A stretch of 63,899 bases of DNA, counting the filler, from Octopus bimaculoides (taxonomy: Eukaryota): NCBI RefSeq assembly GCF_001194135.2. It is 5 parts of 5 records of this genome, joined end to end, with 100 filler letters (N's around TTAATTAATTAA, not from the genome) between each part and the next. Parts side by side here need not be neighbours in the genome. Positions count along the whole stretch, not along the records: positions 1 to 27,917 come from NC_068984.1; 4 more parts are not named here. One strand, 5' to 3'. The notes under the pieces were generated by a model. That model saw only the letters and a program-made list of their open reading frames with translations. It made no database searches and was not told the DNA's origin. Below are positions 1 to 12,058 of the stretch, piece by piece (positions within the stretch are counted from its first letter, which is position 1; each line of letters starts with the position of its first letter). A program made the position numbers and the translations under genes.

Positions 1-4
1 TGTA

Positions 5-50
<46 letters not shown>

Positions 51-71
51 AATATGTATATATAAAATGTA

Positions 72-110
<39 letters not shown>

Positions 111-345
111 TCGAAACTTCAAAGTCACTACCAATAATCTTGTTTAAGAACAATTTATATATATAATACTATATTTGCCTATATATTCATGCATATGTGT
201 ATGTGTTTGCATGTTCATATGCGAGTATATGCACGTGTGCATATATATGTGCATGTGTTTGTGTGTGTGTGCGTGTGTGTTTGTGTATGTGCGTGCGTGT
301 GTGTGTATGTGTGTGTGTGTTTGTGTGTGTATGTGTGTGTATAGA
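1..345. repeat. Compound (TA)n/(TG)n microsatellite
   Basis: Visible dinucleotide runs; the ORFs here are repeat translations. Confidence 0.95.
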
Positions 346-928
346 CAGATAGATAGATATAAAGAGTCAGAAAATATTATTATTATTTCAAAGTTAGACT
401 GCTGTGAGAATGACATAGCAAATGAATGTAAAGCTTATCAAATTAGTATTGAGCTTTATGAATTTCCTCTTTGATTGATATGAACTCCTGCTGTTTTGCA
501 TGCACTGTCTACAACCTTTGCATGATTATGTCTCATAGGTATCAGAATTTATCTATCATTTCATGTAATTAACTTGTTGTAGGTTAAAGTTCAACAAAAG
601 GTTTGCATGTATATAACTAATAATCTTGTAAGAGAATCTCATGCACTTAAAGTGATAACTCTTTATCACATTGCTAGAAAAATCTTGCAAAATCTTACAA
701 AGAAAGAATATAGCCTAAAGCTAGAAATATAAGGAATTATTTCAGTTTGTTCTTTCAACTCCTTTCATTTTGAGAGTTTAATGTCAAGATGATAATCTGC
801 CTATATATCTGTTCTGTATTGTAGCATAGAGGTAAGCTCTTAAGAAGATTATTGCTATGCTGTATCTTCTGTCTTTTACTGGTTTCAGTACCAATTTGGA
901 GAATTTTAGTTGACTGAAACCACCACAG

Positions 929-929
<1 letters not shown>

Positions 930-963
<34 letters not shown>

Positions 964-1120
964 GTCGTTGTCGTTTAACGTCTGCTTTCTAGGCTAGCAT
1001 GGGTTGGACAATTTGACTGAGGACTGGTGAACCAAATGGCTACACCAGGCTCCAATCTAATTTGGCAGAGTTTCTACAGCTGGATGCCATTCCTAATGCC
1101 AACCACTCCGAGGGTGTAGT
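930..1120 (-). mobile_element. Retroposon 3' tail (family D: ...GGCATCCAGCTGTAGAAAC...CCATGCTAGC...GTTAAACGA(TGA)n)
   Basis: Closely similar to 39533-39708 (same strand) and more loosely to 11700-11910 (opposite strand); ends in a (GAT)n tail. Confidence 0.8.
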
Positions 1121-1124
1121 ACTT

Positions 1125-1405
1125 ATTATTTTTCATAAAGCCTGGTTCTTATTCTGTTATTCACTTTTGCTGAACTGCAAAGTTTTGAATATGTAAATAC
1201 ACCAGCACTGGTTGTCAAATGGAGGTGGGGACAAACACACACACACAAACACACACATAATGTGCTTCTTTCAGTTTCTGTCTACCAAATCTACTCACAG
1301 GGTTTTGATCAACTCAAGATTATAATATAGTGGGAGACATTTACCCAAAGTGCCACACAGTGGGACTGACTCCAGAACCATGTGGCTAGGAAGGAAACTT
1401 CTTGA
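1125..1405 (-). mobile_element. Degenerate tRNA-derived CORE-type SINE (family A)
   Basis: Reverse complement matches the family-A copy at 33302-33735 (CCCACTG.GTGGCAC.TTGGG, GGTAGACAGAAACTGAAAGAAGC, TTGACAACC). Confidence 0.8.
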
Positions 1406-1759
1406 ACTGGAATTATATCACAGGTTTTCTAATACGGCTCTGGTTCCCAGATGCTGAGAGGTGTAGTTTCTTTTCCTCAACTTCTGTTGTTACATGTTTC
1501 TCTGATTGTTGATTGTTGTTTAAAAATCTTGTCAGTCCTGATCAAGTAGACTTATGGTTACAGATATATCATTTGTGATCATCACATTTTTTTATTCAAG
1601 CATAGTGTATCTAAGAAGTTAGAACTTGAATGCCTTCAATCTAGGCTGACCAGAGGCCACATAATAACAACAGCAACAGCAACAACAACAACAACAAAAT
1701 ATTGAATAGAAGTTAACTCATTAGCTTGTTGCTGTTGTTGTTGCTATTTAGCTCTTATC

Positions 1760-2910
1760 TACCTGTACATTACATTGATCACCCCCATTAAACCACTAAA
1801 TTATCTCTACTTCACCACCATACATCGTTCACTCTCTCCATACACTATGCTTCCTGTGTCTCCCACCACTCAGGCAACCCATCCAACCACACATCATCTC
1901 TCTCTCGTTCCCCTCTCCCTCTCTCTTTCTCTCATTTTCATCCTTCCCCTGTCTACAGTCTCAACCTTAGTATTCCATTACTCTTTACTCCCATTTATCA
2001 TTGTCTCCTCATCCATCATTCATTACATCCATCCCTCAACACTTGTTCATCATTCATTATATTCATACATTTCTGACCTCTCATTCTCCAGTACAATCTT
2101 GCTACCCACCTACACTCATGGTTACTTTGTCTCCACTCAATTAAACTGTAGAACTAACATGATAGAAAAGGACTGAGGATTAAGCCTTGATAAATTCCTT
2201 ACCATCATCATTAGCTATGACAGTGAAAACTTTATCTTGCATTTCAGAATTTAGTTTCGTTTTTGCTGTATACTTCCTTTATGGCGATGGTGATGCTGAT
2301 TCTGTAGACTAATTCTTACCTAGAAGAGTCGATGGCATTAACTGCATGGTAATGTTGGTAGAGGACGAGGTTGATTTTGCAGAGCCTTTCTCTCCTATCG
2401 TTTGATTTCTTCTTTTGGTGGCTTTGAAATTTTTGGTTCTGATGGTGATGGATCACCAGCACTTGGTACTGTCCAGGGTTTATATTTCAAATGACACAGG
2501 CTCAATTCCAGTGGCTTTCAATTCATTGTTGAAATCAACGACTCATTTTACTTGCTGTATCTTTGTACATAGCTTGTACAGCGCATACAAGTCACCTGTT
2601 TATCTACACCTAGTATCTTTAGTGCCCAACAGATTACAGAGCATAGTGTACTGTCAAAGGTCTTCTCTAACTCAATGAATGAATACCAGCTATAGGGGTT
2701 AGGGTTAGCCAAGTATTTCTCTTGCAGTTGTCTTCTTAGCAGGGCTGCATTTGTGCTACCCCATCTGAGCATGAAACAAAGGTACAAATCATATGGATTA
2801 ACTCTGTTTCTCATGAATTGTGATTTGGCTCTCTGTGATCTTTATAGCCTGATCCAACAATTTGATACCTCTATAATTTCTCCTTGGTAGAGCATCATCT
2901 TTGACCTTGT
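1760..2910 (-). pseudogene. Degraded RTE-like non-LTR retrotransposon reverse transcriptase
   Basis: Minus-strand translation gives NYRGIKLLDQ, RQLQEKYLA, FIELEKTFD, VICWALKILGVD and a QGLILSP-like motif, with frameshifts and stops; the left boundary is approximate. Confidence 0.75.
2275..2530 (-). mobile_element. 3'-end fragment of a second (BovB-like) RTE nested in the RT above
   Basis: Translates to ELKATGIEPVSFE..TLDSTK and ERKALQNQPRPLPTLPCS*CHRLF*VRISLQ, resembling the RTE C-terminal C2H2-like tail. Confidence 0.55.
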
Positions 2911-2930
2911 AGTGGGTGGTTATATATATG

Positions 2931-2932
<2 letters not shown>

Positions 2933-3002
<70 letters not shown>

Positions 3003-3083
3003 NNNNNNNNNNNNNNNNNNNNNNNNNNNNNNNNNNNNNNNNNNNNNNNNNNNNNNNNNNNNNNNNNNNNNNNNNNNNNNNNN

Positions 3084-3125
<42 letters not shown>
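2933..3125. repeat. (AG)n microsatellite spanning a gap
   Basis: Direct observation. Confidence 0.95.
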
Positions 3126-3129
<4 letters not shown>

Positions 3130-4531
3130 TGTTGGTACAGACAGCATTCTGAACCGAAAATAATACAATAAACAGGGAAATAATGAAGGGATGATTGGCA
3201 AAATTACTGTTCAGATTTTATAAAACAAAAATAATTAAACCAATTTACAGCAACACATCATGCCCAATTCTGGCTGTGTGTTTATAAATCCCATCATTAT
3301 AGATAGATATTTTTGCTATATATTCATGTGCCTGAGATAATCTTTATATTAGAAGGCACCCTATATACTGTGCTGTGAGATGGAATCTGGAACCAAATGA
3401 TTGTAAAGCACACTTTATAAGCACACAACTATACTTGCAATTGTACTTGTTACTGAATATTAATGGTATAGAGAAACAGTAAGGCATATAAGAGGAGTGG
3501 CGGTTTTAGAAATTTGAACATCAGATAACAAAAATAGTACAATATTTGTCTCTCTTTGCTCTAGATTTTGATTTTATAGTCATTGTCATATTCAGTTTCT
3601 AATTTTTATTCTTCAAACATTAATAAAATAAATAGATGCAATATATTATGAAGACAATTTAATGTATTATATGTAAAAAAAAATAATAGCTGCTCTTGTG
3701 TCCATGTAAGAAATGTCTGTCTATCATATGAAAATTGTTTGTTCAAAATAAAACTGTCTGATATATTAAAATCAATCTGAAAACTAAGGAAGAAAAAAAA
3801 ATGTTCCTCAATAGACTGAGAACAGTGCACAATAGTTACAGGACATAACATCATAGAAGTATTGGGAATATAACTGAAATGAAATTGAAATAAAATAAAA
3901 ACTGGTACATTTGTGACTGAGAATAAACATAAACAGACATATCAAATATAAATATTTGAAGAGGAAGCAAAGATAAAACAAGCTAGAAGAGACCTAAGAC
4001 AAAAGATAATATCCAACTATTAAATAAATAATAAAAACAACAAAACACTTAAATTGAGGAGGAAGATTGAAATAACATATGTTTGATATTTTAATTCCTT
4101 TCATTTTAATCTAATTTTTTATTCTTCTCTACCCAAATTAATAGGTTAGAAATTTAAGAAAGATATTTTTAAAAAAATGCAAATAAAGAGGAAAAAATAA
4201 TCTTGTATTCTATTTAAATAGTGAATCATGAATAGACTAACCTAGACATATTGATACACAAAGAAGAATATATATTTGAATTTCAAATGTCTTGTGAATA
4301 GAAATGGCTCTTTGAAAACAGAAGGAATAATAAAACTAACTACATAATGTTTAATTAACAGGCAAATAGCAAAAACAGTTCGTAAGTATACATACACATA
4401 ATACATATGTATGTATGTACATATGGGTGTGCTGTGTGTGTGTGTGCATGCATAAATAGACAAATAAACAAATATATATACATATACACACATATAAATA
4501 CACACTTTTCTCTCTGTCTTCTATCTCACTC

Positions 4532-4579
<48 letters not shown>

Positions 4580-4923
4580 NNNNNNNNNNNNNNNNNNNNN
4601 NNNNNNNNNNNNNNNNNNNNNNNNNNNNNNNNNNNNNNNNNNNNNNNNNNNNNNNNNNNNNNNNNNNNNNNNNNNNNNNNNNNNNNNNNNNNNNNNNNNN
4701 NNNNNNNNNNNNNNNNNNNNNNNNNNNNNNNNNNNNNNNNNNNNNNNNNNNNNNNNNNNNNNNNNNNNNNNNNNNNNNNNNNNNNNNNNNNNNNNNNNNN
4801 NNNNNNNNNNNNNNNNNNNNNNNNNNNNNNNNNNNNNNNNNNNNNNNNNNNNNNNNNNNNNNNNNNNNNNNNNNNNNNNNNNNNNNNNNNNNNNNNNNNN
4901 NNNNNNNNNNNNNNNNNNNNNNN

Positions 4924-4981
<58 letters not shown>

Positions 4982-5058
4982 ATATACATATGGATCAAAA
5001 CTGTCTGATTCAAATTCGCTGGTACATTTGAGTTTCAAGCGTGATGCTAATCGTTAGC

Positions 5059-5377
5059 CATTTTGAATTTGAATGACATTAGTTGATTGTTATTACCGTA
5101 AGGTGTGCTGCAAATGGTCAAGGAAGGTTGCGCAGTGCCGTGGTATTAGTGCCTCTACACACCCACATATAGAACAATATACTTGCACATGCTACCCCTT
5201 GCTGCTTCCCCCAACAACTTGACCAATTTCCTAATCACCACGTGATATATTTGTTGTCCTCCACGTAGTCAATTTTCTGTTCACCATGCAGTATTTTCCA
5301 ACTAACTGTTACCCATATACCAACATCAAGCCACAACAATGCATAACGATCAACTTCTGGCATTCAAATTCAAAATG
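5059..5377. mobile_element. Candidate MITE bounded by a perfect 17-bp inverted repeat
   Basis: CATTTTGAATTTGAATG (5059-5075) and CATTCAAATTCAAAATG (5361-5377); no TSD recognised. Confidence 0.4.
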
Positions 5378-5613
5378 TAGTAAATAATATATAGTCACTG
5401 GTGTAAAGGTAACACACTTAGTCGCATTAACAAAGAGATGTGGGTTCAACTCCCATGTGGATAGGAAGGCCTTCTTTTTCTGTCGAGGGCTTTATTAGAT
5501 TATTTTCTTTAGTAATTACATGGTGATCGCCATAAGCTTTAAGCTTGAATAAAGATTATTATTATTTACAGGATTGTAAACTCGACACCGTATAAAAACC
5601 ATTCGCACCGAAA

Positions 5614-5681
<68 letters not shown>

Positions 5682-5694
5682 AATAATAATAATG

Positions 5695-6804
5695 ATACAA
5701 ATAATATGTGAGCATATGCATATATACGTACATGTATGTACATACTTACATCTACATGTATATATAGATGCATATGTGGGTACAGGACGTTGCAAGAAAA
5801 AACATGGACAAAATGATAAACAGAGCACAGAAAACACACAGGCCACATAGAAAACATTTCCTTCATCAGCTGCTACTATTGTAAAACTAAGCGTTTCGAA
5901 GAGTTAGGGCAGGACGCATTGTTAGAATGGCTCTTCCCACGGAGACAAATTAAATTTGTAACGTGGGGAAATGTAGTGGCGGACAGAAACCAAGACAGAA
6001 AAACGAAACAGTGAAAATAAACACGAAAGGCTATACGACCAGACGTGAAAAAATATGTGTATACTGAACGCTGTGATGCGACGAACTGGAAGGAAGAGAG
6101 AAGAAAAAAGTTCGTGCGAGCTTGGCGATGGCCAAGATAGGAAAGGAAGAAGTAGCCGGATACATGTGACCAATGAGGGGTAAGGAGAAAGAATGGTGGA
6201 GGGAGAAAAAGGGGAAGAAGTAGAATATAGGTGAGCAACGAGAGCCAGGGAGGAAGAGAGAGATATAGTAGTAAAGGGGAGAGGCAAAGAACAACAGAAG
6301 GAAGAACGAGAGAGGGAGAAAGATACAAAGATAGATAGAATCGCATCAGAAATATAAAGTTAAAACTTACTTGAAAAGATGACGCGTGTGTTAGATCATG
6401 TAATAATACAAATAATATGTGAGTATAAGCATATAAACGTACATGTATGTACATGCCTATATCTACATATATATGTATAGATGCATATCTGGGTACAGGA
6501 CGTTGCAAAAAAACGTGGACAAAATAATAAACAGAGCACAGAAAACACACATGCCACATAGAGAACATTTCTTTCATCAGCTGCCACTATTCTAAAACTA
6601 AGCGTTTCGAAGAGTTGGGGCAGGAGGCATTGTTAGAATGGCTCTTCCCACGGAGACAAAATAAATTTGTAACGTGGAGGAATGTAGTGGAGGACAGAAA
6701 CCAAGACAGGAAAACGAAAGAGTGAAAATAAACACGAAAGGCTATACGACCAGACGTGAAAAAATATGTGTATACTGAACGCTGTGATGCGACGAACTGG
6801 AAGG
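5695..6804 (-). repeat. Two ~400-bp direct repeats (5695-6093, 6406-6804), 711-bp period; pseudo-LTR-like
   Basis: The copies align end to end with scattered substitutions; each holds the GGGTACAGGAC...TTCATCAG...GTTTCGA unit shared with other foldback elements. Confidence 0.85.
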
Positions 6805-6988
6805 GAGGGCGAGAATCACTCTCTTTTAGTGCCTTATTACTTAACATAGTCACCGGTTTGATCTCCACTCATTTACTTATTTTTCTATAATTTTCGTTGC
6901 GTCTTGCAACCTCTTCAATAGTCGTTAATATAAAGTTCTACTTGGTGAATCGTAGTTAAAAATATAAAAAAGAGAAACAAGGACATCA

Positions 6989-7282
6989 TTTTTATGTTGG
7001 AATATATATAATTTTTATGAAATAAAATATTTACATAATGGACCAGTTTCGCATATGTTAATCATTATTAAGTAGTTAATGATAATATTATCTCAGGGTA
7101 CCATAATAATTTTACCTTCCATGTTAGTGGGAGAACAAATATCCTAACATAAAATGAAATTTTATTAATGACTGCATGAAATTATATCGTTATCACTAAC
7201 CGTTTAGTCATGATTATCAAAAGCGAAACTGGTCCGCTATATATATTTTATTTCATAAAATAATATTTTTCCAACATAAAAT
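6989..7282. repeat. Imperfect ~60-bp inverted repeat with a GGACCAGTTTCGC core
   Basis: 7040-7052 GGACCAGTTTCGC vs 7223-7235 GCGAAACTGGTCC; the arms extend outward through TTTTATGTTGGAA. Confidence 0.75.
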
Positions 7283-7323
7283 TTCTATAATTTTTATTAT
7301 ATATATATGTGTGTGTGTGTGGA

Positions 7324-7354
<31 letters not shown>

Positions 7355-7930
7355 ATGTGTGTGTGTGNNNNNNNNNNNNNNNNNNNNNNNNNNNNNNNNN
7401 NNNNNNNNNNNNNNNNNNNNNNNNNNNNNNNNNNNNNNNNNNNNNNNNNNNNNNNNNNNNNNNNNNNNNNNNNNNNNNNNNNNNNNNNNNNNNNNNNNNN
7501 NNNNNNNNNNNNNNNNNNNNNNNNNNNNNNNNNNNNNNNNNNNNNNNNNNNNNNNNNNNNNNNNNNNNNNNNNNNNNNNNNNNNNNNNNNNNNNNNNNNN
7601 NNNNNNNNNNNNNNNNNNNNNNNNNNNNNNNNNNNNNNNNNNNNNNNNNNNNNNNNNNNNNNNNNNNNNNNNNNNNNNNNNNNNNNNNNNNNNNNNNNNN
7701 NNNNNNNNNNNNNNNNNNNNNNNNNNNNNNNNNNNNNNNNNNNNNNNNNNNNNNNNNNNNNNNNNNNNNNNNNNNNNNNNNNNNNNNNNNNNNNNNNNNN
7801 NNNNNNNNNNNNNNNNNNNNNNNNNNNNNNNNNNNNNNNNNNNNNNNNNNNNNNNNNNNNNNNNNNNNNNNNNNNNNNNNNNNNNNNNNNNNNNNNNTAT
7901 ATATAAATGTTTATATGTCAATATATGTGA

Positions 7931-8270
7931 AAGAGTAAAGGGAAAAGATCCCCTTCAGTCATGGATGACCATGGTATTGCACCTAGAAATTTACCCTCCG
8001 AGGCACGGGCAAGGCTATTTATTGAAGACCAGCAGTTGCCATGCATACAATTCTCCCCTCTTCACGCCACCGTTGTTATCCAAGGGAAAGGCAAAGACCG
8101 TTACAGTTTGGCACCAGTGATGTCACAACTCCTTTCTACAGCTGAGTGATCTGAAACAACGTGAAATAAAGTATGTTGCTCAAGAAAACAATAGACAACC
8201 TGGTCTGGGAATCAAACTCTCTACCTCATAACTATGAGTCTGATGCTGTAACCACTGAGCCATGCACCTT
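7931..8270 (-). mobile_element. tRNA-derived SINE, family C (AAGGTGCATGGCTCAGTGGTTA head)
   Basis: A-box/B-box-like head on the minus strand; central TTGAGCAA.ATACTTTATTTCACGTTG block shared with 14040-14364 and 46982-47263. Confidence 0.8.
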
Positions 8271-8310
8271 AACATACACACAGCCCGGTGCGGGAATCTA
8301 TATAAGTATA

Positions 8311-8969
8311 CTAGCAGAGATACCCAGCGTTGCTAGGGATTAACATGGCATAGCTTGTATATATACAACAGTTATGTTGAAACGTGATACGAGAAAGTGC
8401 AGCGTTGACAACAAAACGTTTGTGGAGTAAATGATGGGCTAATTCGTCTAAGCGACATGTCATGCATCCATTTGGTGGATTCCCGGCCCTAACCTGTCAT
8501 GGAAAATTGAGGTGCGAGATATGTGATTTTTGAACGCATGATGTAATCAAATAAAAAGACAATTGTACGTTAATAATGAAATGCCAATAAAATAAGGTAA
8601 ATAATATCAATACATTAGCAAATTTCAAGAAATACATACAATGGACTGAGATGACACGGTTACGTTAATTAAATGTCAATAAAGAACATTAATTAAAATC
8701 AGTTTTAAAAGGATGAAGAACTTTCAGCAGATTAATCGCGCTGGATGTAAGGGAGACTTCGCAAAGAGTTACCTCCTTTGTCTAAGTAACCCAGGAAAGG
8801 CTGTTTTCTGCTCCAAGAGGGCCCGTTACTCTTTATGTGAAAAATTTTAAGAATCTAAAACTATCTCTGGACCGTAAGTAATGTATGTTCCCAGTTTGGA
8901 GAAAATCAGATGTGAGCTTCAGACGTTATGCGGGTTTACACACACACACACGCACACACAGACAACCTG

Positions 8970-9008
<39 letters not shown>
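8311..9008 (-). mobile_element. Complete non-autonomous Helitron (~700 bp)
   Basis: Minus strand reads A|TCTATATATA... at the 5' end (9008); the 3' end has hairpin CCCtAGC-AAC-GCTGGG 8 nt before CTAG|T (8311), i.e. insertion between A and T without a TSD. Confidence 0.75.
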
Positions 9009-10580
9009 TATCTCTGTCTCACTATCTATCTATCTATCTATTTATTTATATATATAGGTATACCTCACCATTTGAAATTAATTGGTTCCGGGAGACACAA
9101 CTTAAATCAAATTAACTTGTCTCTTGGCTAGGCTAGGCCGAATTTACTTGTCTCTAGGCTAAACCGATAATAACCATTCCCATTTCTGTACTTTATTTAT
9201 GAATGTATTTTGAATAATGCATGGTTAATAAAAATCTATTTTAAGCATACAAACAAATATTTTTATTTTTTAATACAGTAAAAAGAAAGTAATCTAAATT
9301 TACGCATACAATTTGACGGTGCTTACTATACATCACGGGCGCTTTATTTATGAATGCAGTTTGCAATAAGACATGGTAAAATGAAAGCCTTTCTTTTAGT
9401 TAAAAAATGAAACTCAGTAATAATTATTATTTTGCAATAGTAAAAGAAAACTAAATTATTTAAAATTTACCTATAAGTACATACAATTTGGTGGTTTACA
9501 TCACAGATGTAGATGGCTGTGGATCCTCAACATCAACAGCTGACTCTGGCTGTTCTTGTAAAAAACGCGGTTGAGAGTTCCTTGAACGATCTTCTTCTTT
9601 TCCTCAAGAATAACATTATAAGAAGCAAAAGCTTCATGACAAGTCCCCATAATCTTGGAAGAGCGTTGAGCATTTGGATCCATATCCTCAAACGTAGAAA
9701 AAACTTTTCCGATATATGCAAATGCTTGCTGCATTTTCTTCATGGTAAAGTGACGTAGCTCATGTTGACTTCCTCTTCTTTATTTTGCTGCTCGTGAAGC
9801 TCTATCAAATCCTCGTTCGTCAGAGGCTGCTTGTTTTTATCAAATAAATATGTGAAATCCTATTTCGCCAAATCCATTTCCAGTTCTTTGCTCGTAGTCA
9901 CCAACGTTTTGTTGATGGCAACATTATCAAACTCCTTAAAATCATTCACGAATTGAGGGCATAGCTTCTTCCATACACCATTCATAGTCGTGCTCTGTGC
10001 ATCATTCCATTCCATTCCATCCCACTGCTATGTTCTGTCCAGCCAAAAATCACGAAGTGTGATGAACTCATCAAGATCAGCTGCAGTTATTGTTTGCCGC
10101 AGCGTACGCTTCATATAGTATCGCTTGAAGATAGCAATTATTCCTTGATCCATCGACTGCAGAAGAGACGTGGTGTTCGGAGGGATGTATAAGATGGCAA
10201 CATTGGGGTCAGAATGTAGGATGCTTTGCGGGTGGTCAGGAGCATTATCTAAGATAAGTAAAACCTTGCTGCTACCTGTTCGTCAGCTGAAACACTTTCA
10301 CCTTGCTTATGAATGGAGTGATAACTTCTTCGCTCCTTAAATCTCACGAACCGTCCTTGACTAGTCTGGAACTCTCATCTGAATAGTTTTTCTTCAGGTC
10401 CTCAAACAAAGACGTTTTCTCTTGAATGCTTTATTAACTAATAGTAAGCACGCTGGTGATTCAACTTAACAATCCAAAGAGAAAGATTTTCCATTTCTTC
10501 AAAGATTTTGCTACTTTTTTTTATTGATGACCGTGTTCTTCATCCCTGGGGCTTCAGATTTGATATGTACTAAAATCTTG

Positions 10581-11186
10581 GGATCTTTTTTAAAACGGGG
10601 GCCACATTTTTCATTAGCGAAACACTTTGAAACTTGGAACACTGGTAGCATGTGTCATATAAAACATCTTTTTCTCTTAGTCTTCTTTTAAAAACAAGAA
10701 ATNNNNNNNNNNNNNNNNNNNNNNNNNNNNNNNNNNNNNNNNNNNNNNNNNNNNNNNNNNNNNNNNNNNNNNNNNNNNNNNNNNNNNNNNNNNNNNNNNN
10801 NNNNNNNNNNNNNNNNNNNNNNNNNNNNNNNNNNNNNNNNNNNNNNNNNNNNNCTAACCCTAACCCTAGGGTTAGGGTTAGGGTTAGGGTTAGGGTTAAA
10901 GCAAATTTAAAATGAAAAAAGCAAATAAAACGAAGGTATGGAGATTAAATACGCTTTACATCGCTTAATCAGCCAAATGAGTAAATGTAAACAACTGAAT
11001 ACTTGTCAGTGATTGGTTGAAATTATCGAAATAAGACAATTTTTTACATGAAATAAATTCGAATACAAAAATATTTTTCTGTTCTATAACACAAAATAGA
11101 TAAGTATACGAAGTTTGAAAGTCTTTCGGTACCAAAAACACTACGTAAAACTAATGAAAAATGTGGCCCCGTTTTAAAATAGATCC
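10581..11186. mobile_element. Non-autonomous TIR element (GG termini, 8-bp TSD; Merlin- or Mutator-like) inserted in the Tigger ORF
   Basis: 36/37-bp TIRs GGATCT(T/A)TTTTAAAACGGGG(G)CCACATTTTTCATTAG; TSD AAATCTTG at 10573-10580 and 11187-11194. Removing the element and one TSD restores the frame HNKDKILVHIKSEAPGMK. Confidence 0.92.
10854..10897. repeat. Interstitial telomeric-type repeat (CCCTAA)n-(TTAGGG)n palindrome
   Basis: CTAACCCTAACCCTAGGGTTAGGGTTAGGGTTAGGG..., centred on CCTAGG (10865-10870); the left part runs into a gap. Confidence 0.9.
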
Positions 11187-11699
11187 AAATCTTGTCCTTA
11201 TTATGTACAATCGTCGATACAGTGGTCCGACTCATCCCAAAAGATCGTGCAATTGCTACCACTTTTTCACCTTTTTCATGGCGTTTTATCGTACCCAGTT
11301 TATCTTCCACGGTTATATCATGACGCTTAACGCTTTCACTATGAATTTGCTTAGGAGCCATGGGGTGAGAATGAAAAAGTAGCCGATAAACGGATGTAAA
11401 CAACTCTAGATTCAAAACAATTGCGGGAATCACGATTGATAACGACGCCTAACGGCAGACATTGGAACTGCAGTGCAAGAGGAGCTCCGAAAGACCGATA
11501 AACAAGACAACACTGCTGAATTCATGATTTCGTTCACTAAGCTACATTACTTTATGGTGTGTATCTTAACATTTGCTGTATGTATTTTAATGACATAGGA
11601 CTGAGATGGCTGGTGTCTTGCTGTACTCAAGAGGGCCTCTCCTCCACAGTAGAAGTGTTAAGGTCACTACCCCTGCTGAAGAGGATTGGCCTTTAAGAG

Positions 11700-11910
11700 T
11701 CATGTGCCAGTGGAATGCAATAACACATGTAAATTACCCAGCGCATACTGTAATGTAGTTTACGTTAGGAAGAGCATCTAGTAATAGAAACTAATTCAAA
11801 TGTGACTAGAACCTGGTGCAGCTCCCCCTCTTGCCGGCCCTGGTTAAACCATCAAATCCATGCTAGCATGAAAAAGGGATGTTAAAAGGTGATGATCATA
11901 ATGATGATAT
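11700..11910 (+). mobile_element. Degenerate family-D retroposon tail
   Basis: GTTAGGAAGAGCATCTAG...CCATGCTAGCATG...GTTAAAAGGTGATGAT. Confidence 0.65.
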
Positions 11911-12058
11911 ATATATATATATATCTTTAATTAGAGGTTAAATCAGCCTCATTAAGGGATTGCATCATCCAATGAATTACTGGTTTATTACCTAATACTT
12001 GTTGTGAATTATAATATTCATAAAACTATAGGTTTATATATAAACCATGGTTTATAAG

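Larger units (their letters stand above)
9056..11450 (-). mobile_element. pogo/Tigger-family DNA transposon with a disrupted transposase (ORF remnants 9501-11361)
   Basis: N-terminal CENP-B-type HTH MAPKQ...KLGTIKRHEKGEKVVAIARSFGMSRTTVSTIVHNKDKI; DDE_1 motifs KVLLILDNAPDHP and IPPNTTSLLQSMDQGIIAIFK; C-terminal KKKIVQGTLNRVF. Candidate TIR TAGGTATACCTC near 9055; the partner TIR was not found. Confidence 0.88.

Noticed and set aside
10854-10897. Ancient telomere-telomere fusion site
   Set aside because: The polarity is CCCTAA then TTAGGG (opposite to a fusion), and the array lies inside a TSD-flanked TIR element.
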